Source: Spongospora subterranea f. sp. subterranea
Taxonomy: Eukaryota
Reading direction: 5' to 3'
DNA: 64,000 nt
Assembly: GCA_049724395.1 (NCBI GenBank)
Contig: JAUGWO010000090.1
Coordinates: 1-64,000, forward strand
A model generated the notes under the pieces. The model ran no database searches. It saw nothing but the letters and a program-made list of their open reading frames with translations, and was not told the DNA's origin. Both the position numbers and the translations under genes were made by a program. Position 1 is the first letter of the stretch. Every line of letters starts with the position of its first letter. Below, one piece after another: positions 35,194-48,243 of this stretch.

Positions 35194-37369
35194 ATCGATT
35201 GGGTATTATTCGGAGAATATCGTCCAGGTCGCGAACGGATTAAGCGCTGGGCCTAACCCGACGTCGCTGCTGAACTGGTTTAACGATTACTAAATGGATC
35301 TCACCAATATCGCCATCAATTGCGCAACTTTTCTGTACATTTTTTCTGCGCAGTCAATCAAATTGGTTGGCGAATACACACGACACAGTGGGTAACGTTT
35401 GGTCAACTGCCGGCGTGTATCATAAGGTATGCTGATCTCAACGTGAAACGTTAACATGGATGGCCAGACCAAAGGATCTGGGCGCGCCCACGTTTATGCG
35501 GCGAAGTTTTCGAGAGGTGAAGATCGCCACTGATGGTTCATCAGAAGTTGTTCTGATGATTGACGTTCAGGTGTGGGAAATTGGATTCCCCATCTCAGCT
35601 CAACATCGGCAGCCGCCGACCTGGGCGATTTTGTTCCAACCGGCAGCGCGTTTGTAAGACGGGAAAGCGTGATGATGATGAGGTTGAGAAATATTGATGG
35701 TCCTTTTAACATGATCGTTCACATGACGATCGTTCGAAAGGTGGTGTCCAGATCATCGTTCGCAATGTAACACCTTGCTGGAAAATTTAGTGACATAGCC
35801 CTCAGTCAGAGCTGGGAATCTACAACAGCTGCAGGGCAATTAGTCGCTCCAAACTTGTCACGTCTCTGCGTTGACTTGCCAGAACACTGATGATACCGAT
35901 GGAGCTGGAAAACGAATATCAACGCGATGACGTTGGCCAAAGGGAAGCCGATGTTCACAACGTTGATGTGGGACCACGCCAATTTAAAGTACTTATGAAT
36001 GCCTATGTAGCCGATTATGACATAAAATATTTCATTCGCCAGGCAACCACAAAGAATCAAAATCGAAATTCTCTACAGCAGCGTGATGTCAGCGTTACTC
36101 GATATCGAAAATGAGTTTCCAACCTAAATTGTTTATTAATTCGGAATAAATACAGGGGCCACTGTTGCCAATTTACGGAATAATTCGAACTTTACCTGCA
36201 CCGAACATAAGTATTTTGGACTACCTTCACATTGGAAAATTTCAAACTGAATGAACTCTCAGGTAAACGCAAAATGTCTTCAGACTTAGCTCAGACGCAA
36301 ATTACCATTTGACAACATCATAGAGAAATGAACTGAAAGAAAACAAAAGTACCTTATGTGTGAGTCGTCTGCGTATATTATAGGATCAAGACGATGCCAT
36401 GGATAACGGGCCTATGAGCAAGAGCATATTTAGAACTTATCGAAAATGTTAGATCAACATGAATTGATAAACATAACATTCAGACAAATGCCTCGTTTTT
36501 AGTCGTTCAAAGGTACAGTTAACAGAACATTAGAACAATATTCCGTTGTTGTTTCAGTCTCGTCATCTAAAAATCATCACAATGTTTCACACCCAAACTC
36601 TGAAAAACAATTCGCCTACCGTGGGCCGGTTTCTGTACAACCATATCTAGGACCTCGATATCACCTGCACAGACACAATCAATCAGAATCAATCCTAATG
36701 ACATTACAGAAATGATTGAAAATGGCTAGCTCAGACAAATGCCTCGTATTAGTCAATCAAAGGTGCGTTTAAAGTAGTTTTAGAACAAAACAGTGATAAA
36801 TGCTTCAGTCTCGTCATCTAAATTTGGTTCATCACCGCTATAATCGAAAAACAAACTGGTAGATTAGTAGATAGAGTACCTTAAGGCGGATCCTACATCA
36901 ACCAACGTGCTTCGTCAAAGACGGACCGACTCACGAGGATGGAGACAGATTTGATCGATGGAGACAGATTCGATCATCATTGACAAAGACGACGAATTTG
37001 AGAGTGAACCTGGTTGGCCATCCGCGACGGACATCGGAGTCCGCCACGCATTTTGGCGCACGCCAAATTATCAGCGCTCGACCTCATATTAGGATTTGTC
37101 TAAGGAACAACATCAGAATCGTTCCCTACTCCTTATTGGAACGATGAGGTAATCTTATCGTACCCACGAAATTCTCGATTAGGGCTTGTTTGCACAATCA
37201 TGATCAACCAATACTGTTGGGGGGCTTCGTCGAGACGAATCCCCTCGAGGCGTCGGTAGGCAGGTAGGGAATCATGATCATCGCAAGCAATGAATTTGAC
37301 TGCAGTCGTTCTCCTTTTGCCCTCATCGGTTGCGTCAATCGTCGAGGTTCAACTGTCGCCACTCAACGC

Positions 37370-37720
37370 TAAACCGCATTCGTCAGTTGATGATCCAAGA
37401 TTTACTAGCAGCTAGCGCTGAGGGTTTCGATATTCGTCCAACGCTGTCAGCCGCCCAACAGCCCGAACATGAATGTTCTAGATCTCGAATTCTTCAACGC
37501 CATACCGGCTCTTCAACATCAAAGTGCTCCCCAAAAATGTTGACGAGTTGATAGCTGCAGTAAACAACGCGCTTGCCGCGCTTGCCGACCTGGAGCTGCC
37601 AAACACCCAACCTACGTTTGTTTTCACTCTGCAGATGGTCTCAACGATGAAAACGCAAAGTGGTGGGATCAGCTACAGGCTGCCGCACATGGGCAAAAGA
37701 AAAGCGGGAACGCGCAGGGA
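37370..37720 (+). mobile_element. Tc1/mariner (plant/oomycete DD39D-type) transposase C-terminal relic
   Basis: EGFDIR...CQPPNSPNMNVLDLEFFNAIPALQ...PKNVDELIAAV...TLQ...GGISYRLPHMGK, with frameshifts. Confidence 0.8.
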
Positions 37721-38009
37721 ACCGCCCGTTGTTATCGATGTCGACACGGAAACTTGTCCAGAGCGTCAAAACCCTAATTTCCACAAAATAAACCGCAATC
37801 CTGTTTGTTGCCATACCTGCGAACACAGGTCTCTGCTCTCATTACCGAAAGGTGCCAGTTTAAACGGAACAAACTAAAAACCGCATATCGAACGGAGTGT
37901 AGATTTTTTAGAGTGGAGAATTTATATGGGGATCGAGGTAGATCTGTGGTTATTTTGCGGTTGGGTCCTGTTGACACTCTCATATTCTTTTGACTATTCT
38001 CAGGGGATC

Positions 38010-39170
38010 GGTTGAAGCGGGTGGAGGAACGTGTCGAGGTAATAGATCCCTTCAACTTGCGAATATATCCTCGAGCAACATAGCGATCTCGCATGTTTTG
38101 TATTTCTCGTCGTATTGAGCATCCACCACCGGTCAATGACCTTTCGAACTTCTGGTCGTTGCACAAACAACGAGTGCCGTTCTTCGTTTAGACACGACAA
38201 TGCTTCCAGAATAGCGATCTTCTACTCCTCCGCGTTTCGGCGTTGACAGCGCCTCGCGACGATTTTGGGATCACCGAGCGTCTGCGCCATGTGCGCCTCC
38301 TCCATCAACCAATTTGGTTGCGGTGTTGAATGAGGCCTTGGCGCAACATTGTTCACCTTTTCATTCTCCTCGGCCTTCTCGTGCTCGTCCCCCAATGAAT
38401 CGTCGTCATCTTCAAACTCACTCAGCTCGTTGATTTGTTCGTCTTAGTTCGATTCGAAATGCGTTTCATAGAAACGTCACGAACAACTCGTTTCGCTGTG
38501 GCGGTCCACAATCCGATACGCCTTAGATGTCGGCGAATATCCAACTAGCACACCCTGTTTGGCTCTCGTGTCCACCTCTTCATCGCCTGGCCGTCCTTGA
38601 ACACAACTCGCCAACCCTCACAACGCATACGTGGGTCATAGACACATTCTCGAATGGCGTCTGGCCACGAGAATACGCCTTCGTTCCCGCGAGGTCCCGA
38701 AGGTAATGCTGCAGTACCAATACTTTCGACATTCCTTCTCGAAATAACATTCATCGCGCCACGTCCATCAGTCCACGTCCTATGCGCTCTGCGACTATTT
38801 GCGCCTGAGGGGGACGGGCGGTGCTTCTTCAGGAAAACTGGGAATTCCTCTTGCAAGGAACTCCCCACCATTATCTGATCGACGACGCTAGACGCTGCGT
38901 TCGCGCTGCTATTCCGTAAGCGCCATGTGCGCCTGGAAGTTTTCGAGTACCTCCGACCATTATTTCGAGAAAGTACAGCGAATCGCATATCATGAACCAT
39001 CATCTGTAAAGGTCATCTGGGGGAACCGCACCGACATTTGGTCCAAACAAATCAGACAATGCACCAGGTCGTTCCCTCCATCAGCGCGTTTCGTAACCTC
39101 CTTCGCCATCGGTTACGTGGCGAACTTCCCCTGCTCGCAAGTTTCGCATGGGACGTTGATTGGTGGACAT
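38010..39170 (-). mobile_element. Ty1/copia pol relic (pre-integrase/integrase, SH3 linker, RT start), heavily degenerate
   Basis: Minus strand TCEQGKF...DLVH...FTDDGS; VLVGYSPTSKAYRIVD; DPKSSREAL; RYVARG...SQVEGIYYLDTF. Confidence 0.78.
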
Positions 39171-39229
39171 GGCACGATGCATGTTATTTCGAGCAGGCAC
39201 GGGCGAGAATATGGTGAACAAAGGCGGTC

Positions 39230-39450
39230 GACGTTGTGGGGGTTGGCGAGTTATGTTCAAGGATGATAAGGCGATGAAGAGGTGGACAAGAGAGCCAGAC
39301 AGGGTGTGTTAGTTGGATATTCGCCGACATCTAAGGCGTGTATCGGATTGTGGACCTCCACAGCAAACGACTTGCTCTTTCACGCGACGTGACGTTCAAT
39401 GAAACGCATTTCGAATCGAACTGAGAAGAACAAATCAACGAGCTGAGGTT
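39230..39450 (+). mobile_element. Inverted second copy of the copia SH3-linker segment
   Basis: gcgatgaagaggtggac...gttggatattcgccgacatctaaggcgt...gaaacgcatttcgaatcgaact matches the reverse complement of ~38420-38625. Confidence 0.8.
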
Positions 39451-40645
39451 GAGCTTGACGATGACGACGACGTTTCCTTGGCGGTCGATCAAGAGGAGGT
39501 CGAAGATGAGGAAAATGTGTGAACAATGCGGGTTTGGCGATTCAAGGCATGGAGTCAGGGTCGATAGATAATTGGCCATTTGAGGCTGCAGTTGGTGATC
39601 GATAGATCACTATTTTAATGGGTACCTTGAACTAGGGTCAGATCAGCCGTTCTTGGTCATTACAATACAACATGAGCCAATCTGGATCAGGTACGTTTCT
39701 TGTCTCATTCAAGGGGGTTGCGACCATGGCGCTTTGTTGACCATCGCGGTAGATCCGGAGGAAGACGATGCCGTCTCTGAGCAGCTGCGAATATCGCGAA
39801 TGACGGTGGCGATGGTTGAACGACAGAACATCGAGAGATGCTGGGAACGGAATCAGCTAGGCGATGCGGAATTCGCCACGAGGGATGGCCAACTGATGGT
39901 GCTGTGTGCAGAATTCGACTCGCGATCGAGGAACGGGAATTCGATAACGGTCGATGGATGTTCATCACAGATGGATCAGAGCATGATCCGTTGACCGAGG
40001 GAGAAACCGGAGACGATGGTGCTGGCCAGACACAAGCGCAGGAAGGAGATATGGTCGGTGGTGCTGGCGCCAGGTCAAACAGCAACGACTGGATCATGGC
40101 GCAGAGTGTTTCACAGAACGATGACGCGGATAAGGATCAACAGGCGATTGCTATCCCGTATTGACACACGATCCCCGAAATGCAATATCCAGCTGATCAA
40201 CTGCTGTTGAACCGTTCAGGAGCGATCACGACAAGCGCAGCGTTCCCGGAGCGGGTAAAGAAACTGTAGAACCGAGGCCGACACGATCAACACAATCTGC
40301 TACAGCAAATGCGTATTGGAAGAGCGTGATAGTCAGAGTATTGGTCAATATATCGAGTTGTGTTGTTTTTGTGTGATCAGGAGATTACGCGAGATGCTGA
40401 GAGCAGATTATGAGTTCCCACCTAGAATATCTGTCGAAGACGCAGCTGAGCTAGCAAGGATCGACGCGTATGTGCTAAACGACGACCTGAGAGGTTAAAC
40501 TAATGGCTAACAACTGGACAGACTTCTGAAAGAAATCAACGCGGAGCGCAGCAGCAAAACCTGATGGGCCAAAACCATGTCAATAGACACAGGATGAATG
40601 TCCAACTGCTGTATTGGAAAACATTGTGCGACGATGGTCGTGATT

Positions 40646-41566
40646 TTAGATGATAGAGTCGGAGAGCTGAGAGATGACGCCTGTTAGTTGATCAGGTGTG
40701 TGAATGGTGAAGAGCCCTGTCGCTGCGCTGACCACCGCCAGCTCCACGTTGACGTCGCTGATCTTCTCTTCCATCACCTGTTTCAGGATGGTTAGGGCCA
40801 GCTTCTCGGCTTCCGCCAACGTCATGGTCGGGTTGTACTCTTCTTGCAGCGTTGTTTGCGCACCCTCAGATGCGGCGCCGATCGCCTTTGCCTTGTATTT
40901 AGTGTAGGTCCCCGAAGGGTCGGAGTGGAATAACACGGGGCCGTCGACGTCAACACCAGCAATTAACATGGCGACACCAAATGGGCGCGACATTCCTTAA
41001 ACATTAGTCGTTAATAGAAATCTACAGGTGGCACCAGCAGACAAAAAACTACCTCCGTTGCCCTCTCCAAACCCAAGAGCCAAATCGCAAACCGATTGAG
41101 CACACGATTTGACACGAAGTTTTTCATTATACGCGAACCAGTGGTTCTGGGATTGGATTCTGGCGTGTTCGATAAGAGTTCGGGCATCAGCAGTTAAACC
41201 GGAGATTGCAGTTCCAATGTGGTGGTCAATCTCAACAATTTTCTGGATGGATGATGGCTCCAATAGCTTCGAAGAGACTCGCTTCTCAACGGCGAGAACC
41301 ACCCCATCCTTGACTTGAATACCGATGGCTGTGGAACCCAGCTGAAATTTCTCTCAATAACATCCAAAAAAGCGATACCGAAAAACGACACCTTAATCGC
41401 TTCCATAGCATATTCGACTTGAAACAATCGGCCCTCAGGGCTGAACGTGTTCACACCCTGATCAGGCCACATCAGTACCAATTCCGAACAACAAGGTGGC
41501 ATTGCCCTGACGAAAACGAGAGCGCGTTTCCATTACCTGATCATAATCGCTTCGTGTCAGAAACAT
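40646..41566 (-). CDS. PSMA5: 20S proteasome subunit alpha5 (multi-exon)
   Basis: [65 protein letters not shown]. Confidence 0.97.
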
Positions 41567-42168
41567 TCCGAGATCGTTGTCGACAGAATAAGTTAATCAA
41601 AATGATCAAGGAATTAGTGTGTGTGTGAGAGAGAGAGAGGAGATACTGATACGGACGGGGCAGAAGTGGGCGCAGCCAATCATTAGCAACATAATCACTG
41701 ATTCTGTCGCGCACTATCATTGTACAAACAGTAAATGCGCAGTCGGTGCTGCGTACACTGTAGGGGGTTCCCACCTGTCCCTGGCGCAAAATTGCACCTG
41801 CCCATGGCGCAATCAAATGCCGTTCAAATTCCTAGCGCGTTATGGGGTTTGTGGATCACCAATGGGCGTGCCACCTGCCAATGCTTGCTCGACTTCGTCC
41901 GGCATTTGGGTAAATCCAGGTCGCGCCAGCACCAGGTCTGGATGAGGACCCACCACGGAACACCTCCGTTCCACCATAAGGTCTTCAGAGTTCCCAATGT
42001 CATAGCAATCTCATATCCGAAACCGGCGTGATTCGGTTTGTGCGAGAAATAGGCCCTTTGAAAGGACGATGTTCGTCGGTTTCCAATCGGTCAAACAGTA
42101 CAGCAAACGGTGACTACAGTTTTCATAACTGTCGTTGACATCATTTTTGAAAACAACTGTTTAGTTGG

Positions 42169-42268
42169 TGTTGAGGAAACTTGTAATTTTCCGAGGGATC
42201 ATAGCTTGAGCTAATTAAGTAGAGCCACGAGCCGCACGGGAAGGCGTGGCGCCAACACTCCCCCCTCG
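42169..42268 (-). mobile_element. Possible short copia-type 3' LTR (89 bp, TGTTG...CAACA) with polypurine tract
   Basis: Minus strand CGAGGGGGGAG (42258-42268) directly followed by TGTTG at 42257, ending CAACA at 42169. Confidence 0.45.
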
Positions 42269-43702
42269 AGCGAGTGATTATGCTCAGGTGCGGTTGACAG
42301 AGAGGCGATACCTTCCGATGAAATCACTTCCGGCCAGTAGTTGAACATGGCGGGACTCGAACGACTTTAATCGCAAACATGGTCGTTTCAGAGGCCAATG
42401 CTCCACCACCGACACGATCGCGGGTCCATTTACAACGCCCCTGCGAGCAACCGACTTCCATCGGGAGGGTGTCGCCGCTTCTGGCGACCGCGCCGGAACG
42501 TCAGCACTCGCCCGAGGGAGATGGAGATGGGTGACGCCACCCATTCTTTCCAGACGGGCTCGTGCGTCCAAGAATGACGCTGAGAGAGGCAACTGGTTTC
42601 ATGTGGTGGATCCAGAATCAAGCTATTGTCGTTGGCAATCGTCATTGAGAATGAGAGTTCCTTCGCTGCATATTGTCTGCGCTCTGTCATATTCACAGGA
42701 GTTTTCATCATCACCGATATGAACGACGGCACTATTGCACCTCAGTCTTTCAATACATATGATCAACAGGACGACACCCTTTACCCGATTTTTGAGAGTT
42801 TTAACAGGTATTGTCGTGGTGCAATACCAACGTACTCAAACAACATAGGGCGGAAGCGCCCGCAAAACGAGCTGTTTATGAAACCAGCAGTCGTGATTAC
42901 TAAAGGCAATGAAGGCGCTATGTGAGATCGTGTATTCCGAACTCAAATACTGATATCAGAGAGGGAAAGTGTTTCCTCCGTTGAAGCGATATTAAACGCC
43001 TTTCCATAGCGAAACCATTCCAATGGCGAGGGCCGCCATCATCACCACCTTTGACTCGGCGATCACCGAATTTACCGATCAGTTTTTTGTGGATGATGTT
43101 GAGATAGACGCCCGGATGCCCTGAATTTCTCAGTGCGAACCTGAGACTGATGACATGGGAGAACGGTCATCATTTCGGATGGCGTTCTGCGAAATCCGGG
43201 GCTGGTGAATGGGTTTGAATAGCTTCTGTCAGACAATGGTGAAGCAGTTTGTCGTTCCTGCTACCAGCTGCTGTTGGCCTGCCGCGTGCAGCCCAACGCG
43301 CGCGAACGGATCTGCCCGTTCGCGGTCGCTCCTTAGCTCGGGGGTCCAGTGTAGCAAATCGAGATCGGGCTCGTTACGACTCGGTGAGCGCGGTGGTCAA
43401 TGTGGAGCCCATTGTCCAATGGAGTATTTGATTGATATTGACCGACGAAAGCATTGCCGCCTGTCCTGGTTCCTCGCCAATATTTAACGAGAGCTGGGCA
43501 AATTCACACTGTCAACGCGTACAAACATATACAACGACAAAAGAGTATCGGTGGCGAAGGCGAATTCGTAATACAAGAAAGGTATAAGTTGATGTGAAGT
43601 TGTGCGTCATTCTAGCGATATTTGGTCAGCGTTGTCTGAACGTTGCTTTGTGTGCAAAGCGTATGGATTCTCAGACATCTTCAATACATCATACAGTTTA
43701 TA

Positions 43703-44695
43703 CTATTTGGATTGAACATAGTGCACAAAACGGCTGAGTTCGCGTTTTTTGTGGCGCAACGACCGCGACCGGTTCCGAACAGAACTGGGAAACCCGTGTT
43801 CCAATATGAGATCGGTCACTCGATGATTAGCGATCAGTGATTTGGCAATCTGGTGCTGGCCTTTGGCCATCGCCTGTCGTATTGGTTCATTGTCGCCATA
43901 TGTTGGGTCCGAGCGACCATCTTGCAGCAGCAAATCCAGGATTTTCCGCTGGTGATAATGAACCGCCAACAGAATCGGATTCAGACGCCCGGTGTCATTA
44001 GGATCCACACGATTGTCGTCCAACAATGCTCGACAAACATGCACAGATCCCCCCTTGACCGCTTCGAGCAACGCCGCGTTCGACGACGCCGACGGAGACA
44101 CGCGCCCATCGTCCAACAAGGCGCGAACAACGGAAACCTTGCCAGACGCGACTGCGGCGACCATGGCTTGTTGACCCCGGGCGAGCGGATCAACGCGGGC
44201 ATCGCGCAGAAGGCGCTTGACCATCGTGGCATCGCCGCGACCGCAAACCGCCATCAGGGCCTCGTTGCGATTTTGCTGGGGTTCGGCGCCCGGTGCCGAC
44301 AACCAGAGCTCGAGCAATTCCACCGAATTATACCCGATCACGCTGGCAAGTCTCACGATTTTACCAGCGAAATATGGCCGTCCGAAGCAGATAGCGGCGA
44401 AGTCGTACATCGCGTGTCGCATGAAAATCTGGAGGAACTGGTGGAAGGTTCGTTGGTCGTTGATCGGCTGGCGCCTGTGAATCACCCCCTTGGCCAGGTC
44501 AAGTACGGCCATGGCGATGGCCGAGCGGGGAACTAAACACGACCAACGAATTCTCCAGATAATCTGTTGACGGAGCAGGGCGTACAAATGGTCATCCGCC
44601 CACAGGGCGGCCAGTTCCTGAAGCGCATCTGGATCGATCCACGATAGCACCTCATTCTGCAAATCAACCGGTAAAATTATGAACAGTTTCATCAT
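43703..44695 (-). CDS. F-box-like and ankyrin-repeat (DxRVDP type) protein; 5' end may extend via upstream exons
   Basis: LPVDLQNEVLSWID (F-box-like); repeats VKRLLRDARVDP, VRALLDDGRVSP, CRALLDDNRVDP and LDLLLQDGRSDP in one 400-codon ORF. Confidence 0.75.
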   Translation of the reverse strand: MMKLFIILPVDLQNEVLSWIDPDALQELAALWADDHLYALLRQQIIWRIRWSCLVPRSAIAMAVLDLAKGVIHRRQPINDQRTFHQFLQIFMRHAMYDFAAICFGRPYFAGKIVRLASVIGYNSVELLELWLSAPGAEPQQNRNEALMAVCGRGDATMVKRLLRDARVDPLARGQQAMVAAVASGKVSVVRALLDDGRVSPSASSNAALLEAVKGGSVHVCRALLDDNRVDPNDTGRLNPILLAVHYHQRKILDLLLQDGRSDPTYGDNEPIRQAMAKGQHQIAKSLIANHRVTDLILEHGFPSSVRNRSRSLRHKKRELSRFVHYVQSK

Positions 44696-46181
44696 GTTGT
44701 CTGAACAACATTTGGAAGAATGATGCCCAATCGTCTTTTTGTGTGCTTTTCCGATGCGACGTCGAGATCGCCACATTTCTATTGAGGACCAATCATTGAA
44801 AACCGCATCAACGCCGTTGCTGTTGCGGTGGACCAATCGTGGACCAATCATTGAGCAGCGCGCTGATGTCGGGATGGACCCCACACCGTTCATTACGCGG
44901 CACAATCATCTCCGGGAAAACAAGCGAAAGCCACAACCCCCATGGTTTGGTAGCGCCATTCCCACAGTTCGATCGATCAAGTGCAGAAATTGAGGCGGTT
45001 TCCGACGGTCGGAATACAGGAGCGTTTTATCGCGACGACCACTTATGTGTTTGAGCAAATCAGGGTAGTTCGAGGAGCGGCGATTGCAGATTCGTGATTT
45101 TGGCATTGAATGCCAGATCGATCGCCGATATTGCCGCTGAGCGACGGTCTGAGGAAAGAGAATGTCAAGACATGATACAGCATCGAGGCGATACAGTTGC
45201 GAAGATCGTCATGGGCAGTCGCGATCGGCGAGTTTTATCGATCACCGGCGAGGTCAAGCTCTCGTAGTATTGCCAAATGGAACCGGGAATTTCAGAAGTA
45301 TATATGGCGTATTGCTGAAAACACGACAGTAATCCATTGGCAATGTATGATGAGCACGTGGGGGATTAGAATCCGCTTACTTTGCACATATCTCACGTTT
45401 AAGGCTGGCATTTGCTCAAACGTAGGGGCTGGACTGCTGGGATTGTAAACCGCTCGACAACATGCTCCCAAATTCAGCGAGACGTCGTCCATTGATTCGA
45501 TGTCGTCTGTTGAATACAATCGATCTCATCTGAAAAATTGCGTTCCCCGTCGTTATCGCTTTTAACGAGCTAGACGCTCGACGAGGAACTGCGTCTCGCT
45601 ACGTGAACCCCATGTTATAAAACATTGTTCCTGGCTAGGGGGATGGTGAAGCCGATAAACCTTCTGACATCCGAGTCAAGCGGCAAGCACATGTTTTACG
45701 CCCGTCCTTCCAGCCTTCAAACCAACGCTGAAAACAATCTTAAACACGAGCTTGCTGCGTCCAAAAAACGCTAAAAAAAAAAAACCATTCATTGCAAATG
45801 TCAATGAAAGCTGTGAAAATGAGGATAAAGTGCGTGAAATAGATGGCCCCCGTCCATCCACTGTCATTTGAATGACCAACGGCGCCAGCGTCAGAGTGAT
45901 CATGAAACGATTACACGAGTAGAGTGGACGCCGTCCGGGTAACATCATAGCAGGGCGAGTTGCGACATCTCCAGCACTTCCAGTCACAGGGCCAACACAT
46001 CTCCTGTTTTAGGGCGGGGCCCACTCTAGAAACGTCAGTTGACGGGACTGCGTCTCCCAGTTACAGGGCTACATCTCCCCACCAGTCAAGGGCTGCATCG
46101 CGGATTGGGTTTTCGTCACTCATCATCAGGGAATTGCGGTTTTATTCTGCAAAAATCAGATTGGTCAATAGCCGTCTTCCA

Positions 46182-48012
46182 ATGGCTGACGACCAATTGC
46201 TGTCTTTCACTGACAAATATTGGCAGCTCGAAGATGAAGGCGAACGTCGCGTCTTGTGCGAGGAATTTCTCCATTCCCTGATTTCAACTTCCCGCTCCTC
46301 TCCTGATAAATTAATGATGGTTTTGGAGGTATTTGACCGGTTGTCAGATAGCGATGCGTGGGCACTGTTCAAACAAATTGCAGGTATAGCCCCTCAATAT
46401 CGAGAAAGTCTAACTGCAATATTGAACATGATTTTAGGACCGAGACTTTGTCGAATTCTGTCTCGTTCAGCGATATCTGCCTCGGTTGCAAGCGGCAAGT
46501 GCAAAATTTCAGACATTCGGGTCAAGTTGCTGTTTTGGCAGACGAACCAAATATTTGAGCGTAATCACATACAAAATGCGATAAAAGTTCTAGAAAATGT
46601 TGAAAGTACGGTGAAAGAAAGAAGGTTAGACGTGACGGGCCTATACATTTTCATATTTGTTGATAATGATATCAGTACTTCAAAAGTAAAAGCCAAGGCG
46701 ACAGAGTTTTCCTTTGAAGATGCCAGGAACTCGCAAAAGAAGCAACGCTTGGATAATACTCTACGGCCAAAAAACGAGCCGGACTCTGCTGAGTTTTTGG
46801 AAGTATGGCAAAGGTTCCAAATCAGCAATCAAACATCGACTTTGTTACTTAACTGATGTTCAGAGTTTGCGACTGGGATGGAAAGGTTCCGTATCAAGGC
46901 GCGATTGATTTCGGTCTTGGATGTCATGTTTATCGTGCAGAGAGCAATGATGATGCAGATTCCCAGTCAGCCTCAGCGACCCACAACATTGTATGGTCAG
47001 CTTTTCGATTGTATTTCCATTTGTTTACATGTTGTTGCTAGTGCAGTACGTATGGGATCTCGATGAGACTCTGATTTTGCTGAATAGCCTCATGGATTTG
47101 AAACGATATTCGGAAAGGTGAATTGTTACCGTATACGTCGTAGCCTTCTGAAATGCGCTAAGGTTCACTTGGGATGATGAAGAGAGGGTCAAGCTGCTGG
47201 GAGATACCCTGTGCAATCACATTTTTGACATTGCAGACAACTGGTTCTTTTTCAAACAATTAGAGCAATGTGATCAAGTACGACTGTGATTGTGACTCAT
47301 ATTGCAACAATGAAATGAGCATTTATCTTAGGTCCACGTCGACTCGCTTAGCAATTCAGACGACTTTGTTTTGTTGGATGGTTATAATTTTAACCAGGAG
47401 CTAACGATTGGGATGAATGGAAAAACTGATGAACGCCTCCTTTCATATCGATACCGAGAATTGCGGTCACGATATAAAAAACCGTTGACTGAGATGGTTT
47501 CAAGGCACCATGATTTGTTGAACGCCGTAAATGAGGTCGATTCCCTGTCGAATGGATGGCTGTCGCTGTCAAGATACATTCTTGAAGGTAGAGCACGTAG
47601 TTCCCAAACGTGCAGTCGATTGGTAACCTGCCGGTACAGAGATTTGGGGATCTAGTGGTGGCACCAACGTTCTTGTCTCTTCTGGACAACTCATTCCTAC
47701 ATTGGTTAAATTGATAGTTTTTGGCCTTTCCCCATTTATTCCAGTTGAAAATGTATATAGGTAATGACTTGTTTGCTGAACAACGTTCTACTTAATCAAT
47801 GTGGCAGTTCACGTGACGTCTCAAAGAAAACGGTGTTCTGCACAATCCTGCAAAGATTCGGGGCAAAATGCAACTACAAGGTGATTGGCGACGACATTGA
47901 AGAAGAACTAGCCTGTGCCGAGTTCTCCAATGGCCATGCTCAAGTCGCTTTCACACGCATCAGAACTATTGACGACCTCAGTATGTTCTCTCAAAGTATC
48001 AATACAGGTTGA
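46182..48012 (+). CDS. EYA: Eyes-absent (EYA) family HAD phosphatase with unrecognised N-terminal helical region (multi-exon)
   Basis: VWDLDETLILLNSL; FFFKQLEQCDQ|VHVD; LSYRYR; NVLVSSGQLIPTLVKLIVFGL...ENVYS; VIGDDIEEE. Confidence 0.85.
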
Positions 48013-48243
48013 ACCAGTTACACAGTTTAGCTGAACCATATCCTGTATCTGCGTGTGCACAGTGTGCCACAGTACAAAGCGACTGTCGACTCGTCCCGGT
48101 GTTTCAGGTCGGGACGATGTGCCATCCACGACGCGGAATGTCAGTGTGTGACGAGGGGACGCCGAAGTTGCTGTGCTGTGTGTGAATGGGGTAACATGTT
48201 CATTCGATTATTGTGAAAGCGATTGCACAGTTCATCAAAGGGA

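Noticed and set aside
35300..36400. Hydrophobic minus-strand ORF fragments (e.g. 35806-36060)
   Set aside because: May be a gene, but no reliable model or family could be supported.
39500..40570. Short ORFs downstream of the copia relic
   Set aside because: Interrupted by stops and unrecognisable; probably decayed sequence.
43853..44536. 227-aa plus-strand ORF
   Set aside because: Antisense shadow of the ankyrin gene.
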